The translations under genes and the position numbers were made by a program. DNA of 64,000 nt from assembly GCA_030141605.1 (NCBI GenBank), contig JAQGDQ010000535.1, positions 62,001 to 126,000 of the forward strand, given 5' to 3'. The notes under the pieces are model-generated. The model had not been told where the DNA came from and searched no databases. It saw only the letters and a program-made list of their open reading frames with translations. Positions 37,886 through 51,082 of the stretch are shown in pieces. How positions within the stretch are numbered: position 1 is the first letter of the stretch; each line of letters opens with the position of its first letter. The stretch comes from Tubiluchus corallicola. Lineage: Eukaryota > Animalia > Priapulida.

Positions 37886-39753
37886 CTGTAAAAGAACAAT
37901 AACGACCTGAGAGAAGAGTAAAATGTTCACTAAAAGATGTCGCTACTGTAAAGTCGACCTCACCAATAAAATCTCGGCTTACTGGTTACTATGGCAATGG
38001 GGCATCAACATTGTGAATTTACAGCAAGCCAAAGTAGTAGAATTATGCAAGAAAAAAATTAAAAAATTGCTTTTAAATCTGCAGTAAGATTAGTAAAAGA
38101 GCAGTATTCTGTTCGATTACTTTAATAACATTTGTGACCAATTTTGCGATATCTTATATGGAGACGGCTTGTTTATCTTTCCCGAAGGGCCCATTTCTCA
38201 CCAGAGCCATCTATGAAGAGTTTTGCCAGTTTTCCATTTGTATGGTTTAACAAAAAGCCATAGCTGGCCCGTAACTTCGAAAAACTCTCAAGAATCTATC
38301 CAGAACTTTCTTTGAACAATCAGTCATTCCCTAACAACGTTCTGATTCACTACAGCAGCACTAACTGTTTAGTTGGTCAGGAAAAGTTGCCGTCACAAAG
38401 AGCCAAAAAGCTGACATCGACAAAATTACTTCAAAGATCTTAAAGCGTGTAGTTTCTGCATTATTTTATAATATTAGCATAGTAAATGTGCCAAATATTG
38501 TAATACATATTATGCATATGAAATATGGTACCTATTTTAATACATGTTAATACTTTTAACTACTAAATATTGTAATACACATTAAGCATACATGAAATGC
38601 GTATTTTAATACATGTTAATATTTTAATTGCTGAAAATTTCAGTGCTTCCACTGACTATGAGACGGTTAAATATGTGTAAGTGAAAGTATTTTTAATGTA
38701 AGAGACAAAGATCTTGTTTAGACTGACTTATACGTTCGTATATTATACAATATTATAAATCTTGTAGCACACTCTGTCCTCACACCGCGAGGCCATTACT
38801 TCTGTAAAATTCATACTCCATGTGTGCACGTTGTAAGTCAAAAAAGTACATTCTGACGTGTTACACGACACAATTTTGGAGTGCCCCTGGCTTAGCTATT
38901 TCGTACCCCAGATTAGGAACCACTGTCCTAACGCTAACCCTAATCCTAATCTGCTTCACAAACTAATATTTTTGTTTGTAGGGAATTGTATCCACAAATA
39001 ACTATGTGTAGAAAAATGTACGTTAAATGAACAATGAACACATCTACATTATTACTGAGTTCTGTAAACAATGTCGAACGTTGGCTAGTATAAATAACGA
39101 AGTCGTCAACGTAACTGATGAAAATTATTATCACCATTATCAATGTAATAATTGACAAACCGACTCGCACAATAAGCCTTTTCGCAGTTTCGGCGATTGA
39201 CGGTGATCGTGAAAAGGTCAAAGGTTAAGTGTACCAGACAAAGCATTTGTGTTCAACTTGAAAGCGCTTCACAGACCATTCTGCTGTAATAGTAACAGTT
39301 TTAACAGCTAGCTAGAACTTTACCTAGTTTATAATCTAAATCACTCTATGCACAGACTAATGTCGAATTAGGTAAAGTCCATGCAAAGCAACTGAAGTTA
39401 ATGAACTGATGCGGGAGACGGTTTTGCTTTAACCACATGTCATGTAACAGTTGCATTTAAGATGCATTACTGTGGTACACTTAACCTTTGATCTACAGCA
39501 ACTGCGCTTGCACACAACGAAACCGTGAACAGACTTATTGCAATTGTATGTGTGTAATTGCACCCCATGAGAGTGTCTACAAATTGTGGGGACCCATTTG
39601 GAATTAAATGAAAATGTTAATGACATTGTTATAACTTGGAGACAATGAATCAATACCCAGTGAATTGTTTTTTGCAATTGCATTGTTTCGTCACAGCACG
39701 TTCTTTTACAAATTCTAAAGCAAGAACACGGCTCTGTTTTGCAAGATGACGTG

Positions 39754-40444
39754 ATGTATCAATTAAAATGTCTCTTGCTAGTTGCTCACATTTCTTTAAG
39801 AGCAGTTCATGGGCAGGGGCAGAGCAATGGAACCGAGGACCAATGCCTCACCCTCTTCACTACGCCCGAGTGCGGCGCGAAGACAGTTCAGCGCAACTCA
39901 TTAGAACTTTGCGAAATAACATGCGGCAGAAAAGTGATCATCGAAGATTCGATGGAGATCACGAAGAAAATAAAACTAAATGCTAAAAACCTTGAAAACG
40001 TCATGGAAATCATTGGAAAAACACCGGAAGAAACAGCGCGTAAGATAGATTTGACAATCTATTATTATACGGGCGCAAGGCTTCCAGAAAACGTAGTGAC
40101 TTCCAGAGAAGGTAACAAAACTATAACCATCTACTCCTTGGAGATTTCACTCTCTGATCTGGAAGAACTGGACAAAGATGACCTTCCCTGTGACGTGACT
40201 TGGAGCATTCGATTGCTCCGACTGGACAAGCTCCGCTACATCCATCCGCGAAGTTTTCATCGCTTGCAACATGTCAAACACATCACCATCGAGAACTGTT
40301 CGAACTTGAGTACGCTGGAGCTGGACTTGGAGAGAAATGGGAAACTTGCTTCACTCTACGTGGAGAACACCGGCTTGCAGACGATGAGGATGCCGCTTCT
40401 GCATCGTGATGCTGTGCCGGCACGCATAAAACTGATTCTGATAG
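39754..40444 (+). CDS. Extracellular leucine-rich repeat protein, exon 1, nested antisense in dynein intron 9
   Basis: ATG then signal peptide MYQLKCLLLVAHISLRAVHG; Cys-rich N-cap; LRR-like units (LRYIHPRSFHRLQHVKHITIENCSNLSTL, LASLYVENTGLQTM); donor G|gtatga, phase 1. Confidence 0.85.
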
Positions 40445-40527
40445 GTATGACTAACCTTGTAACTTATTTTAACCAAAAGATATAAGACTGTTATAAATAG
40501 TCTGACAGATGATAACATTTCATGCTA

Positions 40528-41027
40528 CAGTCAACCTCGGATATAAGGCACAACCTCGGGACCAGAAAAAATTGTCCCTTATATCCGATGTCCCTTATAT
40601 CCAAAGTTGAGTCAGACTGAGGCTGTATCTAGGCCTGTACAGCTCTGTACTTTTACCCATATCTTTATGAATTATTGCTACAGATTCAGTGCAAACGGTA
40701 TGTAGGAATCTCCAGCAGTGTTACGAGATGTATGTAACTGCGGAATCCGAGCTGTTCAAAGGCCGAGTTTGTGAAAAATTGAGGTTAAAAATCGAACAAA
40801 TTCCTTTGATCACAGGGTCCCTTATATGCGAGGTAATTTACCTGGGTTTCTATTACGCGGGACCTGAAGATATCGTCCCTTATAACCGAAAGTTCCTTAT
40901 ATCCGAGTACCTTATATACGAAGATTTTTACATAGGAAAAACGTTACGAAAAATTGGGACCGGTGTTGGTGGTCTCTTATAAGCAAATGTCCCTTACAAG
41001 CGAGTACCTTATATGCGAGGTTGACTG
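40528..41027. mobile_element. Tc1/pogo (Tigger-like) MITE in the LRR gene intron
   Basis: TA|CAGTCAACCTCG...CGAGGTTGACTG|TA with repeated CCTTATA motifs. Confidence 0.85.
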
Positions 41028-42540
41028 TACGTAGAATGGGCTAATGAGGATAAAGGTAAATAAGATAATGACAAAAAAGAATGGTAGAAAATCAGTAAAC
41101 AAAAAAATAATAATAAACAGAAAAACCAAAAACCAAACCTAATCTCCAAATGGCTAATGAAATATCCAACCTGAATGTTATTTAAGCAAATGCAGGACAT
41201 AAACTTTTTGTACGCTAATGATATTTGTAAAAAATTGTGTAACATTTTATGCAGCCACAGCTTAGCTGGATCAAAAGGTTGCCATTGTGTTTATGACACT
41301 CACCTGCCATGTCCATTGTCCTGCTGTAGCTTCTAACATCACACTGCGGGAATAAGCATTGCTAAAGTTGGAGTTGCTATGGTGATTGCGCAATTTTTTG
41401 CCTGCCATCTAGGGGCGAGTTATAAAAATAATGCAAGTGTGTGATTGCACTACTTGCAGTCGTACGGTTTATTGTCCACAGTTCAAAAGTTCAACTAAAG
41501 CAAACAGTGTTAGGATTTTTCTACATTACGTCAGCTTCGGTGTCTAAGCTGCTGAGATATTTATAGATATGTATAGTTCATCTCCATGCTGAATGTGATA
41601 TAGCGTTCCCACAGAATTTTAAAATAAATTTCCCCGACTTTTCCAAGACTCAGATAAGCGGAAATTGCATTACCAATATACATATTCAACATTTTTGCAT
41701 ACGGACATTCATACATATACTGATATATGTGTCGGCACAGTTGCAGTAGTGCTAACGAAATTACACTAATCACATTAAATAAACTGTCTTAATCCAGTCA
41801 TTTCTGGAACAGAAACTTCATTTGAACAAAAATAACTGAAAAAATGTTTGGAAAAAAATCAGGTCACGGTGACTATTTTTGCAACCCTTTACAATTTTGC
41901 TCATTTTCGCCCAATTTTCATCATCTTCCCTGACTTTTACCAAATTATCCTATCCCCGACTTTTCAGAATAGCCTGTATTTTACAAGGAATTTCCAGGAT
42001 TTTCCCTGACAGTGTCACTAGATCACCCCTTTCCTCATCTTTGCCTAATTTTCACCATGTTCCACCGACTTTTAACCAAATTATCTTTTCCCTGACTTTA
42101 TAAATAACTTTTCAGGATAGCCTGTATTTTTCAAGGAATTTCCAGGATATTCCCTGACAGTGGGAAGGGGAACCCTGGTGATATTGTCCTGTCTTTGTAT
42201 TTCAGATTTTGAAATTATATTTTTCTAAGCTCCTGCTAATACTTCTTGTTGTGTCTTTCAATTCTTATACATTGCAAAATCAAACCAGCAATAGAACTGT
42301 ATGAAAATATAACAAATTTTGATAGCTTTCAAAAAAACGAGGTGTTCATTATTAGTCAAGTTAGACACGGTCTTTTTCAAAAGCAATCAACTAATACTAT
42401 AAAATATATTATATTTTTTATGTTATTTCGTTGCTCTTGTGTATCAATTGCAATAAGGAAATGGCACTGATATATAGCATCGAGATTAGTATCCGTGGTA
42501 ATAATTCTTTCACGTAAATTGTTCTTGAAAGAATAGTTCG

Positions 42541-43148
42541 TTCCCTTTCAACATTTTATAGGGTAGATTGTTTTGAGCAATAATTTAATAGTGTCCGGGT
42601 TTTCTTTTAACGTTTGTTTATGCTTGTGTTTACTTGTAAGGAATCCATTCGTTTGTGACTGTTCCCTTTCAACATTTTATAGGGTAGATTGTTTTGAGCA
42701 ATAATTTAAGAGTGTCCGGGTTTTCTTTTAACGTTTGTTTATGCTTGTGTTTACTTGTAAGGAATCCGTTCGTTTGTGACTGTTCCCTTTCAACATTTTA
42801 TAGGGTAGATTGTTTTGAGCAATAATTTAAGAGTGTCCGGGTTTTCTTTTAACGTTTGTTTATGCTTGTGTTTACTTGTAAGGAATCCGTTCGTTTGTGA
42901 CTGTTCCCTTTCAACATTTTATAGGGTAAATTGTTTTGAGCAATAGTTTAAGAGTGTCCGGGTTTTCTTTTAACGTTTGTTTATGCTTGTGTTTACTTGT
43001 AAGGAATCCATTCGTTTGTGACTGTTCCCTTTCAACATTTTATATGGTAGATTGTTTTGAGCAACAGTTTAAGAAATTGTCTAGGTTATCCTTTAACGCT
43101 TGTATATGTTTGTGTTTACTTGTAGGTAACCCATTTGTTTGTGACTGT
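42541..43148. repeat. 121-bp tandem repeat, about 5 copies, overlapping the LRR exon 2 acceptor
   Basis: TTCCCTTTCAACATTTTATA at 42541, 42662, 42783, 42904, 43025. Confidence 0.93.
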
Positions 43149-43358
43149 GATTTAGCGTGGACGAAGCGTATCGCATGGAAACTGTCGATCATCGATTGTA
43201 AAACGCCGCCACGCACGCACGCTACTAAAGAAATACAACTCGAGGAGTTTGGTGACAATTGCGCTATCGAAAAAGGAGCACTGGATGCAGCACCACTGCT
43301 AGATAATCAAATTATGACTAGCATACTGCCTACATTATTAATCGTTTTATCAGTTTGA
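43126..43358 (+). CDS. LRR protein exon 2: LRRCT cap and hydrophobic GPI-signal-like C-terminus (307 aa spliced)
   Basis: ttgtag| acceptor completes G|GT; GNPFVCDCDLAW...C..P...C LRRCT motif; ends ILPTLLIVLSV*. Confidence 0.85.
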
Positions 43359-43489
43359 AAGTTTAACGATTTTCCGTTGTAATCATTATTAGAAACAAAG
43401 ATGGATTGACAAGTGAAAAGAGTCGTTTAACAGTTTCAATGACAACGTATCTCAGCAAGCGATTTTAAGCTAGGTCACGGTAAGTGGGT

Positions 43490-44008
43490 TTAAATGAAAA
43501 CCGAAAGACATTAGTTCAAAATAAAGTATGCTCTAAAATATTGAAAGCTACAACAGCCTTTTTTAAATCAAAGCTTAGATTAAATAATAATTATCTCGGA
43601 TAGTTAAATTTTATTGAACTTTCAAAACTGCGCACAGCTCAGCGAATCCACTAAATGGTGTCATTTTGTCACATTTGTATGATAAGCATGATCATAAACC
43701 GCATGGTTCGTCTGTGACGTCAGTGTCACGTAGGGGTCATTTTCGTGATGTCACATCAGCATCTAATAGTAATCTTCGTTCACGCAAACGTGCTTGACAC
43801 GCAGGGAAGAGCCTACCGTCGAACAAACTGCGGTTAGTTTGTGACATAAGCGATAGTTGTGTTTGGTTGCCGTTAATTAACCTTCGAATATGCAAATAAT
43901 TATTCAAATATTAGAAACAATTGGTAACTTTTATAAGCAAGTAAATGTATATCTTTTACAGTAAATTAAAATGTTATTAAGTCTAATCAATCGTCCGGTT
44001 TTCCTTTA
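43490..44008. mobile_element. TTAA-flanked Kolobok-like non-autonomous element (partial copies about 48215, 48635, 51450-51835)
   Basis: Ends TTAA|A(G)GAAAACCGGA(C/T)GATTG and CAATCGTCCGGTTTTCCT|TTAA; interiors homologous among copies. Confidence 0.55.
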
Positions 44009-44346
44009 AGCTACAGGGTGTCGCAGCAAATAATTTCGAAATGCCACCTGGTGATTTCGAATGACAGGGTATCGACTTGTCCACTAGGGGAGAGTGGACA
44101 CTACAGGAAATCGAATATAAATCAAAACGAATTTCGAAATTTGGAATCCGAAACGAATTTGGATCAAATCCGACTCGAATTCGAATTACTCGGTCTTAAA
44201 GATATTTGAACAAATTTCGAATCAGCAGTAAAAATAATGTGCATGCTCGCTTTCGTTCTGAGATGAAGAACGCCATGCTTGTGGCACTTGCAAAAAAATA
44301 ATGCAAAGAAAATGAGGGAACTAAAATTTATCACTGTGGCCTTTAA

Positions 44347-44969
44347 CCCTTTCACTACGGAAGGCGGCACACTGCTGCCTATATTTTTCATGCAAGGGAC
44401 GGAAGCTGATAGACTGATGCCTAAGCTCAGGGATAAGCGCAGTCACCCAGGTCTGTTTATTTCACTGCTATGGCAATGCACAAACATTGTAGAAAAGTTT
44501 AGTAGCCGTGAGATTGAGGTTGCTTCGCAACAAATAACGCTAACCAGCCAATCAGCATCTGAAGCCATGTGCATTCCACAATACTGTACTGTATGGTATG
44601 TTCTCATGCAAAATCACACATAGATGGTGGATGAAACATATGTTAGTTGATTGTTCTGCATTCTTATAAAATGATTGCATATTATAGATTAGTATTGTCT
44701 TTTGTGAAAACTGGTTTCTAAATATAAGTACACGCTTATTTTTGAGTGTGCATGTGCATGTGTGTGTGTGTGCATGTGTGTGTGAGTGCATGTATGTGTG
44801 CTCGCATGTTTGTGCATGTGTACAAATAAAACGAATATTTAATGGTAGTACTCAATAACGAACAACTATTTGTTTATTTACGAGATTCTGTTTTAGTAAC
44901 ACACCACAAGAAGTTATTGCCAAATGAGCAAAAGTGGCCCAGTCAAAATGCAACAACGTAGTGAAAGGG
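44347..44969. mobile_element. piggyBac-type MITE (partial copies at about 35390-35620 and 4640-4790)
   Basis: TTAA|CCCTTTCACTACG...CGTAGTGAAAGGG|TTAA. Confidence 0.82.
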
Positions 44970-45238
44970 TTAAAGCAGCGGCAAATACAGTAGGTGCAGC
45001 ATAACGTACAATGCTTTCTACACTCAGAAATTTCTACTTGGGACATAGAATCTCACCTCGGGGTATAAAAGCAGATCAAAAGGTTTCTACAAAATATGCC
45101 TACACCAACAAAAGTCAAAGAAGTGAAGTTTTATTGGCTTGATTCAATTTTAACCGTAAATTCATACTTAATAACTTATAATAATAATTATCATTATTAT
45201 AATAAATATAATAATATTCAATCAATATTAATATCTTA

Positions 45239-45873
45239 CAGTAAGTCCTCGCTTAACGACGCTAATGCGTTCCAGCAAAATACGACATTAAGCGAAACGT
45301 CGTTCAACGAAGCCAAGACTTCCATACAAAGTAATGTAGAAGAATTGAGCTACGTTTCAGAGACAAAAATCAATACTGCTTAAGTCATTAAAGTTAAACA
45401 GTCTATGAGTTTTATTCATATTTCTACTGATTAACGACTTCATGTTCGTCTGAAACCACCTATATATTTTACTTACCAAGTAAAGCCTAGTCAGCACATG
45501 AACAGTAAACACTGTAGAATCAAGCCATGGGAATCAAGACTTGAGAATGTCGCCTAAATACTTGGGTTGCAGGCAAAATTTCTCGTTGCACAAAAACCGC
45601 TAGTAACGTAGCAGTAGTAGCATCACTAGTTAGTAAGAAAGCAAAAACGTGCAATGATTACGCAGCTTACGTTACTAGCGCATTTTTAGAACAGAATAAT
45701 GCAATAGGCGCTCTTTTAATTAGGTAAAAACTTTGCTAATCAAATAAAAATTTGCCTTGACAAAAGTGAAAAAATCGTTGTTAAAGCGAAACGTGCGTCT
45801 TCACAGTTAAGTGAAAAAAGGTGTCAAATGATTAGCGTCGTTAAACAGGGAGTCGTTAAGCGAGGACTTACTG
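45239..45873. mobile_element. Tc1/pogo (Tigger-like) MITE
   Basis: TA|CAGTAAGTCCTCGCTTAACGAC...GTCGTTAAGCGAGGACTTACTG|TA; fragments at about 25760-25930, 27130-27420, 34440-34543, 49860-49945. Confidence 0.85.
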
Positions 45874-45924
45874 TATAAAACGAACAATACAAAAAATATA
45901 GATTCTGCAATTCTGCAACTTTTA

Positions 45925-46320
<396 letters not shown>

Positions 46321-46474
46321 CTACCAGCTGACTTACCCCCAGTATAATTGTATGGTCCAGTGAATGCATATTCACTGGTTCTCTCCCTATTTTAAAGTAA
46401 TGGTTGTTGTGAAGCCTGTGCAAGTCTGCATAGGTCACCTATACCTATATATACTGACTGGTTTTGCTTTCTAG

Positions 46475-46685
46475 TCACTCTAACTCTCAGTGTTCAGTGC
46501 AGGACACTCTCACTCTCAGTGTTCAGTGCAGGGCACTCTCACTCTCTAACTCTCAGTGTTCAGTGCAGGACACTCACTCTCACTCTCAGTGTTCAGTGCA
46601 GGAGACTCACTCTCACTCTCAGTGTTCAGTGCAGGAGACTCACTCTCACTCTCACTCTCTAACTCTCAGTGTTCAGTGCAGGAGT
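46475..46685. repeat. Minisatellite (CTCA)n-CTCTCAGTGTTCAGTGCAGG, about 6 copies
   Basis: Direct inspection. Confidence 0.85.
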
Positions 46686-47922
46686 CACGCTACTCATGTG
46701 TCTGTAGTTTTAATAAACACTTTTCTGTTGTGTGCAGTGCAAATATGTATTATAGATTTTTTTACTCTTGTTCACACTTCTGTGCCTAAACTCAATCATA
46801 ACAAAGTGAGTGATCAACAACTTCAAACATGACTTTCACAACATGTATGAGAGGTGATGAATGCATATGTGGACTGTTTTACAAATGCGATATTGTGCTG
46901 GACTAGAAAATACAGATCAGCCCTGAATTCAACATGTTCAGTGAGCTAAAGACGACGCCCAATGTTCAATTATATACTATAAACCTTTTTAGTGATGGGC
47001 GATTTTGAAATTTTCGAATTCAATTACAATCTTGCTGTAATTCGATGACACAATCTTTTTTGTACAATCAATTACAATCAATAACAATCTTGTTGTTGTA
47101 ATTCGATGTCACAATCTTCTGCAGTAATTTTCTAGCCATATTTTTTTAAATATAGCCTACAAACTTCTGCATGGCTTTCGTCGCTGTCGGCCATTTTGGT
47201 GCTCGTAAAATGTTTTTTATAGACATGTATATTCATTAACTATTCTATTACTACGTCAACTACACACGTGACATGAAAACGAATAAGAAACCCCAGTTTG
47301 CAACACTGCAGTTTGCAATTGTGCACTGTGTAAGACGAGAAAAACGAAGAAAAGATACAAAAATTCCGTTTATCTGCGCTAAACGGTGGTTTGGTGTTGT
47401 GTTATGGATGCGGGGCGTTGGGGTGGAGTGTGTGTGGGTGGTGTGGTGTGGTGTGGATTGACATGGATTTGCGCACAAAATTCTTTTGCGGGGTTTGGCT
47501 AGTTAGAAAAGAAAATTCTTAGTAATTTAAAATGTTCGCACCAACTGGTAAAATGTGACTGACTCACAGTCCCAATGTGCACCACTGATTCACCAAAAAA
47601 CATATTATTGATCTTACTGACAATTTACTTTAGTCTTTTGCTTAGTTAGTGAAGAATGGGCTACGATTGCTCTGATAGTTTTTTCAAATTTTACTAATGT
47701 TATCCAAACTTGTTTTAAACTTAACTTTATCACATCAATTTCATTAAGTCATCTACAAAAGCACGCATAACTTTAATAATTTTTTCATTTTCATTTAAGG
47801 TGAGTGTATTAATGACCGTATGGTCGTACACTCACCTCGCACTACTCAAATCATTTTATTTATTGTTTATTTATGTGTACAATATTGTATTTTGATGCGT
47901 GAAATAAAATTCATATAAACAC

Positions 47923-48014
47923 CTTTTAGCAGCAGCTTCCCAGGATTCCGTGCCCTCCTTCGAAACGTCCAAACCGTCCACTTCCTTCACGTTTTCATAG
48001 GCCAGATTAACCTC
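47923..48014 (-). CDS. DYNC1H1: Dynein heavy chain exon 8 ([31 protein letters not shown])
   Basis: Hand translation; AG/GT borders. Confidence 0.93.
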
Positions 48015-48878
48015 CTGCAAAATTGTAGCATCGAAACTTTAAAGGTCGATTTTCTATGGTGTTTATCACATATAGAATCGTGAGCTTCGTTTACAATAGA
48101 GCGGCATATTATTCATCTTTTTGCTATACAGTAAACTCCACATAACTCAAAAGAATTTCAGTGAAACGGATGAAATCCTTTAGGAAAAATAAATAATTCA
48201 AAATTTCGCCTAACTTAAAAGAAAACCGGACGATTGTGTAAACACGAGTTCAGAATAAAGAATGCTATAAAATTTTGGAAACTACAATAGCTTATTTTAA
48301 ATCAAAGCTTAGATTACATAGTAATTACCTCGGATACTCAAATTTCATTAAACTTGCAAAGCTGCACGCTTTTAAACTTTACACTGTTTTTGCATGAACG
48401 CTGCTGCAACTTTGTTCACAGGCAGAGAAACTAAATTTCATATTTAACAAACTAAATTTCATGTTTAAGACATATGAACACAAACTACAGAGAAAATAGA
48501 ACTAAATATACAAGACATAAATAGATACAGTACTTGTAAACTAAATTACATTTTTGCACTTTAATATGAATCTATCTCCTAGACAACAAAACATAAGCGA
48601 TAAACTAAAACCTGAAAAATTGTGCAGCATAATTTAAAAGAAAACCGGATGATTGTGTAAACACGAGTTCAGAATAAAGAATGCTCTAAAATATTGAAAA
48701 CTACAACAGCTTTTTTGAATCAAAGTTTAGATTAAATAAACTGAACTTACTTCGGACAATTTGTACAAAAATATACTTAGTTTTTCTCATTCTTGTCATT
48801 ATAAATTATATCGATGCTGTCTGCATTACCATTAAACTTCAACACGGCTACTTTCCAATTATAAAGGTACTTTCATAC

Positions 48879-49041
48879 CTCAATCGCATTGATGTCAGCA
48901 GCGTCGAAAGGTATGGCTTCCTGTTTGCCTTCGGTGGCCTCGTTGTCCGGGCCTGCACCGGGCGACGAGGCTTTAGGAGGCGCCGCCGGACGAAGCACGC
49001 GGACGATGACGGTGCGCAGTTGCTCGTGCTGACGACGAAAC
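48879..49041 (-). CDS. DYNC1H1: Dynein heavy chain exon 7 (FRRQHEQLRTVIVRVLRP...DAADINAIE)
   Basis: Translated by hand in a frame not shown in the ORF track; AG/GT borders. Confidence 0.93.
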
Positions 49042-49985
49042 CTAGAAAAAATAGGCGCATGTATTTTAATACGTTTTTATATAATATGGCATACTGCAAG
49101 CCAGTACCCATCTGATAGGCTGAACTCATTGCATTTGTGGTAAGACCAAAACCTTGTTCATTATCAAGGCAAAACCTCTAAATTGAGGCAGTGAACCAGC
49201 AGAAGTCTCCAAGTCACATTCAGATGTGGATAAATGCTTTCCAATTAAAAATTGGTAATAATAAACTTATCAGGGTAATCATTTATTAAAATTAGTGGTA
49301 AACATTTTGAGCATATAAAAATTATGATAAGGTCAGTTATTTAGAATTTTGATAGCAGCCATATTTTGAACAGATTTTGACATTTTTTTGTTGTTACTCG
49401 GTACAATTTTCGCTTTTGTCTACTTTTTGTGTTCAGTGATAATCATTGATTCCTTTTTATATCTTTTTTAACGTCTTCTTCTTCTTCTTCTATTGCTATA
49501 ATAATCTATTATACACATGGTACCGCTATCCTTTATTACAGCACCCACTGCTTCTTGTCTGCAGCTAAAATTTTCAATTCCTGTGATTCAATCGTTAGGT
49601 TTGCTTCCAACTGTTGTAAATCTTTATTGATTTTTGACATCCAAGTTGTTCTTGGTTTCTTGTTTTGCCTCGATGTCGTTTAACAGGTTTCAGTGCCTCG
49701 TTTAATGCCAATTCTACCCGTGTTGTTTTTGGTAATCTCATTAAATCTCCTACCCTCCTATCTTAGCTTTCTGATTCTGATTTTAGTGGTGCAAAGATCT
49801 TCTTTGGTTCTGTTATACAGCTGCTCATTTGAAATGATTTATGGACATTTATGGACTATGCAAGTCCTGGTTTCGTTTAACGACGTTTCGCTTAACGTCG
49901 AATTTTTTCGGAACTCATTAGCGTCGTTAAGCGAAGACTTACGGTAATAGTAGATTAATTACATGCGTGTCATTTTAACTCTTAC

Positions 49986-50206
49986 TTTCTCATCTGATCG
50001 AGTCGCCCCTGAAGTCGTTTGTGGGCGGGGTTCACTCTCCACACCATCTTCAGATTCTCCTCCCTCTTCTTCTTGACAATGTCTCGCAGCAGCCCCTGCA
50101 ACTTGTCGTACTCGTCGTCCCAGGTGCTGAACACGTCACAACACGCGCTTGTTATCTTCTCAAATTCTTCGTACGAGATGTGCATGAGGCGGCGCGGTCC
50201 GAGCAC
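49986..50206 (-). CDS. DYNC1H1: Dynein heavy chain exon 6 (VLGPRRLMH...LDQMRK)
   Basis: Conserved peptide, AG/GT borders. Confidence 0.95.
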
Positions 50207-50861
50207 CTGCATGAATGACAGTAAATTCAATTTAATTTTTTTTCTAACTCAATACAAGGGCAAACAAACATTTTTATCGTAAGAAGCCAATTTCCTCGAA
50301 AATCAGGCCCAACACCAGGGATGTTATCGAAAGTGAAATTTATAAAACTTAGGAAACCAGTGCCAAAACGAAACCGAAACAAAATCATATTTGCAAAACC
50401 AACTGTGATCAACACTGAAAAAATTCTAAAATGAATAAAATACTTTGTTTTTGCTTGTTTGCTTTTATTAGCTCTGATACGAGCTTGATTAAAGTAGCTA
50501 GGCAAAAAATCCTAGCCAACCCCACTCAGTACCTGGGCTTCCTTACTACTTAGGTACATTGTGGTAGCCCGAATTCTTTCCTTATGAAATATAATCCTAT
50601 ATGATCAAACTGGCCGAGGTGCTTTAACCACATGCCAATCAAGAAGCATGGCAGGTGAAACTGAACAGATCAGTTTTCCAGATGGTCACCCATCCAGTTA
50701 CTCGGTTTTGCAATGACTACTAGGTGCCAAAATCAGCTTTGCTATTCAAAACAAAACCTCAAAGATGTGATTAGCACAATGGCGGCTGCTCCAACTAAAT
50801 TGCTGTACGGCACTCAGTAAAATATTTTAAAATTTAAATGTTACCATGAAAAAACACCCAC

Positions 50862-51082
50862 CTTCAACAACTGCTGGCTCAGGTCACGTGATATTGCTTC
50901 CACCAATCGCAGGGCCCTCTGTGTCGGGTAACGCGTATTACGGATCTTTCTCAGGTGACTAAAGATGGCCGACAACGCTGACCTAATGCGGTCAAGGTCA
51001 GTTGCAGAAAGAAGGTCATTCAACGGAAAGTCCTTAATCAGTGGACTGTAGTCATTTACGGTATCTAAAGCCTGTTTCAAAC
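50862..51082 (-). CDS. DYNC1H1: Dynein heavy chain exon 5 ([11 protein letters not shown]...QQLLK)
   Basis: Conserved peptide, AG/GT borders. Confidence 0.95.

Noticed and set aside
42936-43125. Cys-rich N-terminal half of the 140-aa ORF as coding sequence
   Set aside because: It is read-through of the last intronic repeat unit; the 121-bp period breaks frame and earlier units contain stops
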